DNA of 64,000 nt from Eledone cirrhosa. Taxonomy: Eukaryota. Positions 22,662-34,999 of this stretch are shown in pieces; position 1 is the stretch's first letter, and each line of letters begins with the position of its first letter. The notes below the pieces were generated by a model that was not told where the DNA came from, searched no databases, and saw nothing but the letters and a program-made list of their open reading frames with translations. The position numbers and the translations under genes were made by a program. Location of the stretch: positions 1,922,001 to 1,986,000 of the forward strand of contig OZ024742.1 in the NCBI GenBank assembly GCA_964016885.1, written 5' to 3'.

Positions 22662-23766
22662 TTAGGTTCCAGTCCGACATTGCCATATATGGGGCTTAAA
22701 GTTTTGGAAGGAATGTCTGAGGCGGTGCTGGCAAGTTGCAAACACCTCAGATTTTTTGTTAAGTAGGTTACGGTTGGAGAAGATAATATTGTGTGTCTCT
22801 AGTATACAGAGGTTACAGAATTTATTAGGTGGTTTGTACGAGGTCGCGCTGCCTATCACTTCCCATTTGAGTGTGTATGGTTTATTTTTAGATTTTAGAT
22901 AGTGAATGTAGCTAGAAAGTGAGGTGGAGTTGGCTAGGCTGTGCTTTTTGAACGAGTGGATGTGCGAGTTATATCTAATTTTGAAGCAGTTAGAAGTGGA
23001 GCCTACATAGGTTTCTGAAGAGTTATTAGTCGTGACTGTGCATGAGTATATGACATCCTTGGTTAGGCATTTTTTATCTAAAGGGCAGGTTCTATTAGCT
23101 CTACAGTTACAATTATTCTGTGCGTTAGTCCGCTGGTTATAATGCAATGCGGAAGTCTGTGTGGTGGGTATAGGATTTTGGGTGTTCAGGTTGACAACCC
23201 TGGTGTTATTACTTATACTAGTGTTATTTCTATTGTTACTGCCGTTGCTATTGTTGCTTGCTACAGTGGTATTTAGAGGGTTTGCATCCCGTTGCGATTT
23301 TGTTTGTTGGAAGTAAGAACTAATTTTACTATTATTGCTGCTAGCTATGTGGTATGCTAAGTTAGGCGTCGTGGAGTATGAGATTTTAATGGTGTTTTTG
23401 TTTAAGAGGTTGTGGTACTTGTGTCCTAGAGGGAAGTTTTTATCTAGTAGTGAGAAGAAAGCCCTAGGTATGTTGGTGGAGACATTTAGGTTGAAAGGAG
23501 GGTTGAAAAATGTATTATTTCTTCTTCTATTTTTGCTTTTAGTGTTTGGTGTGTTGCTTCCTCCTAAGGCCTCACAGTAGTTTCCATGGTAATGGTTACT
23601 TCCGGTGGCACCCTCCGCTTTGGTGTACTTGTGGTTGCTATTCCTATTATTAGATTTCCTCATGGACATGTTGTGCGAGATGATGTTGTAGCTATGTGTT
23701 TTCTTAGGTAGGAACTCAATTTCTATATTATGGCCGGAGCTAGCTAATGCTTGATTGTAATATTGT
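22662..23766 (-). pseudogene. 5'-truncated second copy of the Naiad ORF (linker + GIY-YIG) within the pseudo-LTR
   Basis: Matches the C-terminal part of 18461-20941 except YVG versus YVR; truncated at the inversion junction. Confidence 0.9.
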
Positions 23767-23992
23767 ACTTTAACCTATATTGTACTTTAACCTATATTGT
23801 ACTTTAACCTATATCTTTGATTTTTTTGATTGTACCTATTAATATAAATGTAATCTCGAAGTGTGTACTGCCACTCTAAATTCTGTAATGAATGTTGACC
23901 CACAATGTTTGAATATGTATCAATGTTTGAATATGTATTGGTATGTCTCTCGGCTGAAAAGGAGGTCATATAACTGTCCATGCATTAATAAA

Positions 23993-24041
23993 TTGCTCCG
24001 AAGAATCCAAACCTCGGTTTGGAGGAAACAGCTGTAAGCAC
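23993..24041 (+). ncRNA. Minimal type I hammerhead ribozyme, variant core (Naiad inverted segment)
   Basis: ttgctccgaagaatccaaacctcggtttggaggaaacagctgtaagcac read directly on +. Confidence 0.75.
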
Positions 24042-24071
24042 AATAATGTTTTGAACAGTTCTTTGATTCAT

Positions 24072-24128
<57 letters not shown>

Positions 24129-24210
24129 GTTATTCCGGGTTGAATCGGAGGTAACCACAGTAAGTAAGGTACTCAATACATAGCAGAGTATAAAAGTTTT
24201 AATATAGATG

Positions 24211-24261
24211 AGATTCTACAGGACTAGAACTGTTTCATTCTTTAGAAATCATCAGGAATCT
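24211..24261 (-). ncRNA. Canonical-core type I hammerhead ribozyme (left arm)
   Basis: Reverse complement of 27551-27601. Confidence 0.85.
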
Positions 24262-24840
24262 GGGTATCAAAAAATAAAAATGGTATTTATAGGTCTCTAC
24301 AAGTGGTATGAGAGGGTGGGGAGTGGGATGGGTGTAGGTCATTGGTTGATAGAAAAGGGAATTCATTAAAAGCTAATTCTACAAAGCTATAGTTTATTTT
24401 TATTTTTATTTATTTATGTTTTTAGAGTAACAAGGGCAGACAGAATTCTATAAACAGGTTCCGGATGGCATACCATTCCTTGTCATTAAGTTTCTCTTAA
24501 GCTAACAGATGTCTATAAGATCAGTGGAGGGTCAGTCATGGTCGATAGAATTAAAGAAAAGGGAGATTCTTTAAAAGCTAAAATCATTAAGGTTCTACTA
24601 AGTGACAAAGGTTTAGAGAATTCTGTAGACAGATTCAAAATACTGAGTGCATATCTTACAATTATCTTCGAACTTCTCTTAAACTAATCAACTATATGCC
24701 AAAAATCAACAGACACATTCACAAAAAACATACTCACTCACACACTCACGCGCAACCATAAACACACATACACATACACATAAAAACACACACACATATA
24801 ATAAATATAAATATATTTATATACATGTATACATATACAT

Positions 24841-24909
<69 letters not shown>

Positions 24910-24960
24910 TATATACATACACACACACATACATATATATATACACACACACACACACAC

Positions 24961-25920
24961 ATGGAAGTAGTCACGGTTCTAGGACAGCATTCTTCACCAT
25001 ATGAGATGTCATCTGGTGTACCACAGGGATCTGTTCTTGGTCCTCTTTTGTTTGTGGCATATATTAATGACATAGATGCCAACTTACAGAATGCCACGGT
25101 ACTAAAATATGCAGATGACATCAAGCTGTACCTTGAAATCAAAAGGACTGATCCTGAAATTTACAACTCTTTCCTACAATCAGACCTGGACACAATGCAG
25201 CAATGGATCACAGACTGGCAACTGAAGCTGGCTGTGGACAAGTGTACCACCATGCATTTTGGAAGGAAAAATCCAGCGTCCACATACTCCCTCCACAACA
25301 CTGACATCAAAAAGTCCTCTTGTGAACGTGACCTGGGCATTACTGTCAGCAACGATTTGCGTTGGACAAAGCATGTCTCTAAGATTGTCAAGAAGGCCGA
25401 GGGTGTCTTGGCATCACTCAGCAAGACCTTTGTTAGCCGCTCTCCAGCCATCTATTTAAAACTGTATACGGCTATGGTGCGACCACACTTGGAATTCGCA
25501 TCATCAGTCTGGAACCCCTATCTTGCTCGGAACATTGACCTCCTGGAAACTGTTCAGAGACGTGCAACCAAGCGCATACCCTCCATCAGACACCTACCAT
25601 ACTCTGAACGCCTTGCTTCCCTGGGCATGGATTCATTGAAGCTCCGACGTCTGGCAATGGACTTGGTGAATACCCACAAAGTTTTTAACCATCTCGCCAA
25701 CTGCAACCCTGAGCGCCTTTTTGATCTCCATGTGTCTAACACACGTGGACATGCCTACAAGATAAGAAAGCAGCACAGCTCCCATGACTTTCGCAGACAT
25801 TTTTTCACGCTCAGAGTTGCTGAAGCATGGAACAGACTGCCTGCGTCAATTGTTAGCTGCCGAGACACTGCATCCTTTAAGACACTCATGCTTCCCGAAA
25901 TACGCCAAAACTACACCTGA
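24961..25920 (+). CDS. C-terminal half of CR1-type reverse transcriptase (uninterrupted, 5'-truncated)
   Basis: [41 protein letters not shown]...WNP, VQRRATK, TRGH..K, FF..RV...WNRLP. Confidence 0.9.
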   Translation: MEVVTVLGQHSSPYEMSSGVPQGSVLGPLLFVAYINDIDANLQNATVLKYADDIKLYLEIKRTDPEIYNSFLQSDLDTMQQWITDWQLKLAVDKCTTMHFGRKNPASTYSLHNTDIKKSSCERDLGITVSNDLRWTKHVSKIVKKAEGVLASLSKTFVSRSPAIYLKLYTAMVRPHLEFASSVWNPYLARNIDLLETVQRRATKRIPSIRHLPYSERLASLGMDSLKLRRLAMDLVNTHKVFNHLANCNPERLFDLHVSNTRGHAYKIRKQHSSHDFRRHFFTLRVAEAWNRLPASIVSCRDTASFKTLMLPEIRQNYT

Positions 25921-26206
25921 TGTACCCCTTCCATACACATGCACACATGTCTGTATCATGACTCGTGCACTGTTCATTTTACTGATGTTTGTGCATTGCC
26001 CTATGTACTGTACATGCACTTTTTTGATGAGTTGTGGTGCACCTGGGCACTGTACACAATATTTCATTATTGTTATTGTTATTATATCATGACTCATACA
26101 CTGTTTATTTTCCTGACATTTGTACATTATTCTATGTACTATACATGCACCTTTGATGAGTTGTAGTGCACCTGAGCACTGTACACAATAATTTCATTAT
26201 TATTAT
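24961..26206 (+). mobile_element. 5'-truncated CR1-group LINE with tandemly duplicated 3' end and (ATT)n tail
   Basis: RT ORF followed by a 3' UTR; inserted in a CA/TA microsatellite. Confidence 0.9.
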
Positions 26207-27077
<871 letters not shown>

Positions 27078-27550
27078 TATGTTTTTTTTGTGAATGTGTC
27101 TGTTGATTTTTGGCATATAGTTGATTAGTTTAAGAGAAGTTCGAAGATAATTGTAAGATATGCACTCAGTATTTTGAATCTGTCTACAGAATTCTCTAAA
27201 CCTTTGTCACTTAGTAGAACCTTAATGATTTTAGCTTTTAAAGAATCTCCCTTTTCTTTAATTCTATCGACCATGACTGACCCCCCACTGATCTTATAGA
27301 CATCTGTTAGCTTAAGAGAAACTTAATGACAAGGAATGGTATGCCATCCGGAACCTGTTTATAGAATTCTGTCTGCCCTTGTTACTCTAAAAACATAAAT
27401 AAATAAAAATAAAAATAAACTATAGCTTTGTAGAATTAGCTTTTAATGAATTCCCTTTTCTATCAACCAATGACCTACACCCATCCCACTCCCCACCCTC
27501 TCATACCACTTGTAGAGACCTATAAATACCATTTTTATTTTTTGATACCC

Positions 27551-27601
27551 AGATTCCTGATGATTTCTAAAGAATGAAACAGTTCTAGTCCTGTAGAATC
27601 T
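27551..27601 (+). ncRNA. Canonical-core type I hammerhead ribozyme (right arm)
   Basis: agattc-CTGATGA-tttctaaagaat-GAAA cag ttctagtc ctg TA-gaatct. 6-bp stem I, stem III ACAG/CTGT, GUA cleavage triplet. Confidence 0.85.
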
Positions 27602-27613
27602 CATCTATATTAA

Positions 27614-27671
<58 letters not shown>

Positions 27672-27821
27672 GTATGTATGAAAAGTGTAAGTTTCTACAC
27701 AAAACGAAGGTTATAGAGAAAATTGAGGTTGGTAATGGCACATGTAATATATAAGAGACAGAATACTTTTTTGTGAAAAAACATATAATTTTATAAGGTA
27801 AGGAAATAATAAAGGGTATAA

Positions 27822-27869
27822 AAAATGACCGGTTTCGATGGGTCTGCAAAAGCCATCTTTTCAAATGTT
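27822..27869 (-). ncRNA. Minimal hammerhead ribozyme with U3-A8 core (Neptune 3' end)
   Basis: Sense: aacat-TTGAAAA-GATGG cttttgcagac CCATC-GAAAC cg GTC-atttt. Palindromic stem III ACCGGT. Confidence 0.7.
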
Positions 27870-28169
27870 GATTAATATTAAGAAAAATTAATAATAAGAA
27901 GAGTTAAAATTTGAGATTTGAAAATTCAAGTATAAAATTCAGTGTGGGATTTCATAGTAGTTTTCATCTTGGTAGCAGCAAGTTGACTGCTGTGTGCCTT
28001 TCTGGTAGTGAATGAGGAGTTATTTGTGGGGAGTGTTTTTTTTTATAAAGGTCAGATTTATCAATGGCCAGATGGCCAGCTGCTGGTCAGTGAGGGGGTG
28101 GAAGCAATATACATACATATATCTCCCTGTGGTCGGTAGGAGAGGGGAGAGTGATAGAAAGGGATTTAG

Positions 28170-28226
28170 TGCACTTACACCTATATATACACACATACCC
28201 TCATCCACACACACATACATATACAT

Positions 28227-28279
<53 letters not shown>

Positions 28280-28426
28280 TATACATACACACACACAAAC
28301 ATATACACACACACATACACACACACACACACATATACACATACACACACATATATATATATACACACACACATATATATATATACACACACACATATAT
28401 ATACATACACATACATCCAGATACAC

Positions 28427-28458
<32 letters not shown>

Positions 28459-28708
28459 ACATACACATATATATATATATATATGTACATACACATATAT
28501 ACACATATATATATACACACACACACATACATACACACACACACATATATACATACACACATACAAACACACACACACACATATATACACATACACACAC
28601 ATATATACACACACACACACATATATATATACACATACGCATACATCCAGATACACACATACATACACACACACACACAATACATACACATACATACATC
28701 CACATGCA

Positions 28709-28749
<41 letters not shown>

Positions 28750-28815
28750 ATACATACACCCACACACATAGAGAAATGGCCTCCAAATATATATATATAC
28801 ATACATACACATATA
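28170..28815. repeat. Compound CA/TA microsatellite inside the Neptune 3' region
   Basis: Direct reading. Confidence 0.93.
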
Positions 28816-29137
28816 TTTTTTCCATAATATAAGAAGTTAGGACAGTGAAATTAAAATACAAGTCATTCTGATCACATTGAGTTCTTCATGTAGATTGGGC
28901 CCCGCAACCGACAGTGGTGAATTCTGTGTGCGCATATATATATAGATATATGTGTGTGCACGTGCAGGGTTTAACATGGATGTGTTGGTCACACAAAGGC
29001 ATGGTCTGTCAACGAATAAACCTGATTCTACAGAATTGGTCTCTGGTCTTTAATAGTAGTGATAATTATACACATGCACACATACACACACATATCTGTC
29101 ACTCCGTGCGTATGTGTGTTTATATTTTATGACAATT

Positions 29138-31371
29138 CTATTGGGGTGATAACCCGTTTAGTTTTGGTTTAAATTTGTTAAGGAATAGATTTTCTTTGTT
29201 TATTCTTTGTTGCTGTGTGAACGAATCTGAGCACTTGTAGAAGGGGAAGATTTTAAAGTTGGGTAGTGTCATTCCTGCGCAGTTCGCAATATGGCTGCTC
29301 AAGAGGATTTTTCTTGTGTTAGCGTCCCGGATTTGTTGGCGGTGGATGGTCATTCTTTTGCGTAATGAGGTGCCCGTCTGTCCTATGTAGTTGTGTTTGC
29401 ACCCACCGCAAGTTATTGCGTAAATCAAGTTCTCCGAGTTGCAGGTGAAATTGTTTTTTACTGTAAATGTTTGGCCATCTTTAAATGTAAATTTTTGTCC
29501 TTCAGTGAGGTAGAGGCACCTTCCACAGTTTGTTCTACCACATTTGGTAACTGTAGGGTTGAGGATTGGTTTGGGTATATTTGGTCCAGTGAGAATGCGT
29601 TTTAGTGATTTGGGTTGTCTTTTACTTTTAAGGATCTTGTGTGTTTCAAGAATAGACTTCATTTTTACATCTTTAAGTAGGATGGGGAGGTTTTTGTGTA
29701 GGTGATCAAACATTTCGGTATTTCTGGGGTTGAAAGTGGATACATATGGCAGGGTGTTGAGTGTGCTTTTCTGTTTTGGATTGTTAAGTTGATGGGGATT
29801 TAGGTGTTTTTCCCTGTCTATTCCATTGTTGATTATTTCAAGTGGAAAGGCTCTTAAGATAAGGGTGTCTTTTAGTTCCTTTAGTCTTTGCTCCCGTTTA
29901 GGTGGATCTGATACTATGGTACATATACGTTTGGCCAAATTGTAAGGAATGTTAAGTTTTGTATGTTTTGGGTGACTTGATGTGAAAAAGAGGTATTGCT
30001 TGGAATCTGTGGGTTTATAGAATATATCTGTATCTAATTCCTTGGGATTGGATTCCATTGTGAATTGTATGTTATTATCTATGTTGTTTATCATGTTTTT
30101 AAACGTAGTAAGTGAGTTCATGTCTTCTTGCCATAGGATAAAGCAGTCGTCTAGATACTTTTCCAATTGGCTTTGAGGTGTGTGTGGAAAGAGTCTCCAA
30201 ATAAGAGAAGGGACTGACTGTATATTTGTTGTTCATGGAATCCCATGACTAGGTTGGCATATGTGGGTGCTACTTTCGTGCCCATTGCAGTACCTGATAC
30301 TTGTCTGTATGTTGAGCCATTGAATGTGAAGTAGTTATTTTGTAGGATAAAGCGGAGTCCGTCAGTGATAAAATCTTTGTTGATGCGTGTCGGTATTTCT
30401 GATGGGTGTGTGTTAAGCCAGTATTGGACTACTGTTATTCCATAGTTGTGGGGTATGTTTGTGTAGAGGTTTATTACGTCAAAGGAGACAAGAATTGTAT
30501 TTGCACATACTGTTTTAGGGAGGTGTTTCAGCATGTCAAGGTCATCTCGTATGTAGCTCTGTATATGGTGTAGAAAGGGTTTCAGTAGGATGTCCAGAAA
30601 GTTGCTAAGTTTGTGGGTTTCACATGTAGGGCCTGCTATAATTGGCCTGAGTTTTAGGTCTTCTGGTGGTGTTAGTTCAATGTAATTGTTGGTTGAGGTG
30701 TCACATGCATCGTTTATGGGTTTACATTTGTGGAGTTTCGGTAAGCCGTAAAAAGAGCTTGTATTGCATTTGAAGTGGCTTATATAGTTAAACTCTTTTG
30801 TGGTTAAGCTGTTGCGGTATTTATTCAGTAAGGTCAAAAGGTTCCCCATTGTTTTGGTGTGTTTGTAGTTTTCTGTTTTTTCATAGTATGTGTTGTTTTC
30901 TAAAATGTTAAGTGCGAGGGTCCTATAGTAGTCCGTATTCATAATGACAACAGTACTGCCTTTATCGGCTTCTTTGATGGTTATCTCAGGGTTGTTTCTA
31001 AGTGTGAATAATTCTTCCCATTCGTGTGTAGATAGGTTTGATTTCGTGTGTTTATTTGTAATTTTTTCAGAGGGAAAGTTGGTGATGTGTTCGCAGTACG
31101 TGTCCAGTGCTTTATTTCTTCCCTTTTGTGGGCAGAAATTGATTTTATTTCTAACCAGTGATTCGTCTTCAGTGTTGGTGTCGTTGTGGAAGAATTCCGT
31201 TAGTCGCAGCTTTCGGCAGTATTCCATGATGTCATCCTTCATTTCGGGGAAGTTTGGTTTACGTGGTGTAGGTGTAAATTTCAGGCCCTTACTTAAAATG
31301 TTGATTTGTGTGTTGGTTAGAGGTGTCTTTGAGAGGTTGATTATTTGTGGTTTCTCCTGAGGGAGGGCCAT
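29138..31371 (-). pseudogene. Neptune-like RT / Zn-finger linker / GIY-YIG ORF2, broken by a 1-nt deletion near 30160
   Basis: IINLS...ILSKGLKFTP, IKEADKG, FYGLPKLHK, LRPIIAG, FDVINLYTNIP, GTAMGT..AP.YANL, then W-K-(shift)-YLDDCF. Linker C-x4-C-x2-C; NLIYAITC..C...YIGQT...R...H. The usual 'FLD' thumb segment between NPKEL and DTDIFYKPT appears deleted. Confidence 0.92.
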
Positions 31372-32598
31372 CGAGTATCCTGGTATTTCAGGCTTTTCCC
31401 TAAAAAAGGAATGTAGTTTTGTGTGTGATTATATTTTGTTGGTCTGTTGCGTGTGGGTCTGTAGCTTGTTGTTTCATGAGGGTGAATGTGATGGTGGGGG
31501 TGGTACGTGTTGTGGTTGTTGATGAGCAAGGGTTCTGTTGTTGGTTCATGTGGTCTGGGTGCGTTATTTCTGTGGTACAGAGTGTTGAGGTTGGGGGGTT
31601 GTCTTTTGTTGGATTGAGGGTGATGTCTGGTGTGGTTGTGGGTAAGTTCTGTTGTGATTTTAAGTGGTCTGGGTGGATTTCTTCTGAGGAATGTGGTGCG
31701 TGTGTTGTGAGTTGGATCTATGTTATTTCGTCGTTGGTTTATGTAGGGGGCATTTCTACGGAAACCTGTGTTGTGGTGGTTGGGTGTGTTTCTTTTGGTG
31801 TAGTTGGCCGTATTTGGTTTGTGTTGGTGGGAGATGTGCCTGTGGTTAGTGTGTGTTGGGTTTGGTGGTGTAAATGTGTCTGTTGTAGTTCTTGTTATGT
31901 TCAAATGCTTTATAAAGGGGTTACCGGTTTGGTGCGTCCTTTTAAAGTCTTCTTCATATTTGAGGAACCAGTTTTCGGATTTTTCCCACCGTTTAAGGGA
32001 AATAATTTCTGCATTCTCGCAGTCCTGTTTCCACGATTTGATTAAATTTTGTAGGGTTGTTCCCTCGGCCTTTTTAGTGCATTCTTCCTCCATATTTTTA
32101 TCAGTATCCTTATACTCTTGCTCGTTGGAGGTGGCCCTTAATTTTAGGAGTTCTATTTCCATGTTTATCCTGTTGAGTGACATTTGTTCACGGAGTTTTC
32201 TTTCTGGTTCAGGTTCGTTTGTAATATGCTTTATTTGGAATTTACGTGGTAAAACTATCGGTGTTGAGTTAATCCATTTTTGGTAAATTCCAGCTTTGTT
32301 GAGGTTTTTTATCATATTCCAGAAAGTGAATTTTCTGGTTTTTAGATGTTTTTTCCCATTTGGTTTTTGATATGGAGCAATGTCGTCTGTTCTGTTTTGG
32401 TATTCATAAGTTTTTCGATGGAGTTGCATACGTTTTGAACGTTTAAATAAATTTGGTTGTCAGTCGGTGTGGTGGTTTGGGGTATATCCTGTTTTTTTTT
32501 GTCAGAATGGTGAGTTTTCCATTTATCTCTTTTAGGATTTTCAGGATTTCCTCATTTATATTGGAGTTTGAAGTTGTGTTGTCTTGTTCCAGTGCCAT
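31341..32598 (-). pseudogene. Neptune upstream ORF1 (helical/coiled-coil-like N-half, H/N/T/P/R-rich C-half), 5' part frameshifted
   Basis: 362-aa open segment 31341-32429. A plausible original start MALEQDNTTSNSNINEEILKILKEINGKL at 32598 is disrupted at A-runs. Confidence 0.7.
31401..31407 (-). promoter_or_regulatory. Candidate -1 ribosomal frameshift slippery heptamer U_UUU_UUA
   Basis: ORF1 frame reads CCT TTT TTA GGG; the -1 frame is the ORF2 (RT) frame. Confidence 0.65.
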
Positions 32599-32898
32599 TT
32601 TCCGGATTTGCGTAGGTTAGTATATATGAAAAGTGTAAGTTTCTACACAAAACGAAGGTTATAGAGAAAATTGAGGTTGGTAATGGCACATGGAATATAT
32701 AAGAGACAGAATACTTTTTTGTGAAAAAACATATAATTTTATAAGGTAAGGAAATAATAAAGGGTATAAAAAATGACCGGTTTCGATGGGTCTGCAAAAG
32801 ATGAAAACTACTATGAAATCCCACACTGAATTTTATACTTGAATTTCCAAATCTCAAATTTTAATTCTTCTTATTATTAATTTTTCTTAATATTAATC

Positions 32899-32946
32899 AA
32901 CATTTGAAAAGATGGCTTTTGCAGACCCATCGAAACCGGTCATTTT
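32899..32946 (+). ncRNA. Minimal hammerhead ribozyme with U3-A8 core (Neptune inverted segment)
   Basis: Same motif read on +. A third, truncated copy lies at ~32770-32800 (-). Confidence 0.7.
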
Positions 32947-33238
32947 TTATACCCTTTATTATTTCCTTACCTTATAAAATTATATGTTTTTTCACAAAAA
33001 AGTATTCTGTCTCTTATATATTCCATGTGCCATTACCAACCTCAATTTTCTCTATATATATGTATATATATATGTAAATATATATATGTATATATATATA
33101 TTCATTAGTTAAGCAAAACAAGACCACAAATTTCACAAGGAAGACATTATTAAAAGATTGTCAACATATTTAGTTTGATGCAAAGAATGTAGAGAATAAT
33201 AATAATAATAATATTAATAATAATAATGCCCGTTTACA

Positions 33239-33363
33239 ATTGTTTCGCTACTCCGTATAATATTTCTGGATCAGATGACTATGTATCATAATTGATCTGA
33301 ACCAGATCAATTATGATACATAGTCATCTGATCCAGAAATATTATACGGAGTAGCGAAACAAT
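33239..33363. repeat. Perfect palindrome, 61-bp arms with 3-nt spacer (PLE fold-back relic)
   Basis: 33239-33299 is the reverse complement of 33303-33363. Confidence 0.9.
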
Positions 33364-33378
33364 AACTGCTCTATATTA

Positions 33379-33443
33379 TATTTTATCTGATGAAAGCACA
33401 CCATAATTTAACTTGGTGTCCTTGAAATATGTATAATGAAATA
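33379..33443 (+). ncRNA. Minimal type I hammerhead ribozyme, canonical core
   Basis: tattttat-CTGATGA-aag cacacca...tggtgt c ctt-GAAA tatgt ATA-atgaaata. 8-bp stem I (one G-U), quasi-palindromic stem III, AUA triplet. Confidence 0.7.
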
Positions 33444-33532
33444 AATATGGTTTTATAAATATAGTTTCCATTTGTTAATATCGTATATATATATATATAT
33501 CTATATCTATCTATATATATATATATATATAT

Positions 33533-34006
33533 ATATAAGTTAAAACAATGAAATAAAAATTCAAGTCATTAGAAATATACTTCACTGCTTTACGATCGTT
33601 TCTAGGTGATGATAATACATCGTAACCATACTTCGTTATCGATCTATGTAAGGTTAGTTACAAAATATCAGATAAAGAAAATATTTACTTACATGTATAT
33701 CACCAGGCTTTTGACAACAGCTGGAGATATACATGTAAGTAAATATTTTCCTTATCTGATATTTTGTAACTAACCTTACATAGATCGATAACGAAGTATG
33801 GTTACGATGTATTATCATCACCTAGAAACGATCGTAAAGCAGTGAAGTATATTTCTAATGACTTGAATTTTTATTTCATTGTTTTAACTTATATCATGAC
33901 TCTGTTTTCCTTTTAATGTTCTACTGTTTTCCGGGATTTATTTTAACCTACAACATTTTCAACCTATGGATTACATTGAGTTCTTCATGCAGACTAGACC
34001 CCACAA

Positions 34007-34008
<2 letters not shown>
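33533..34008. mobile_element. Fold-back PLE relic: ~174-bp inverted arms (33533-33706 / 33721-33894) plus unique 3' tail, between (TA)n tracts
   Basis: Near-perfect inverted repeat; contains the hammerhead 3' half GAAAC-GATC-GTA at 33825. Confidence 0.7.
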
Positions 34009-34043
<35 letters not shown>

Positions 34044-34195
34044 GTGTCAATTTGTATATATATATTTGTATATATATTATGTTTATTCATGCGTAATACG
34101 GGTTGTACGATCGATCAGATCAAGGTATGATCTTGGCCGATTCTAGAATCGATAGCACATCAGGCTTTATTGGTACTTCATTTCTGCTTCTTATA

Positions 34196-34308
<113 letters not shown>

Positions 34309-34435
34309 GGTATGACGAGCCGTGGATTACAGAGTCGGGCGAGATCGATATAGATCGAACCTTGAGCTGATCGGTAGCGAAACGCGCGTCACCAACTAAT
34401 AAACGTAATGAAGGTGTAACCACTCGTCCTTGTTT

Positions 34436-34508
<73 letters not shown>

Positions 34509-34999
34509 GCGTAAACAGGCATAAGGCCCCGGATTCGATCTCACAGTTCGGCATCCTGGACAAGTGTTTTTAACATATCCTCTAGTCGAACCAATCGATC
34601 CTTGTGAGTTAAATTGGACACAAAGACGTCCATTTCACAATAATAAGGTCCCCGATTCTGCCTCAGCGCCCCAAGTTAACCTTAGGCAAATAATGTCTTT
34701 ATCCAATCCTCGGATCGACTTAAACTTTTTATCTTCGTTTCTCAATAGAGGACTGGCGCAAGAATGATACAACATGTCACCGGACATCGAATTCACGACC
34801 TTCACATAGTAGGTTGAACACCCTAACGTCGATGTCGCAAGCTTGTTGGGAATGTAGTATGTATGAATCTCTGACCCCCTGAAGGGCTCCTAGGTGCCAC
34901 AATGACATACGGCATTTCTGGGGCATTTGTTAAACCTGGCAGAAAATTTCTTCCAGTGAAGGATAGAAAGAGTGAGAGAATGGAAGTGAGAAGTAGAAG

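Larger units (their letters stand above)
16741..24080 (-). mobile_element. Naiad-type Penelope-like retroelement: full unit 16741-20986, 5'-truncated tandem copy/pseudo-LTR 20987-23766, inverted 3' segment ~23763-24080; flanked by (TA)n
   Basis: Near-identical direct repeat (offset 4246, then 4201 after a 45-bp duplication), an inverted terminal segment, an RT + GIY-YIG ORF and a hammerhead motif in each copy of the 3' end. Confidence 0.93.
27676..33056 (-). mobile_element. Neptune-type Penelope-like retroelement (two ORFs, decayed) with short direct pseudo-LTR (~32625-32800) and inverted 3' segment (~32798-33056); flanked by (TA)n
   Basis: 27677-27852 recurs at ~32625-32800, and 27712-27970 recurs inverted at 32798-33056. 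RT + Cys-linker + GIY-YIG ORF. Confidence 0.9.
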
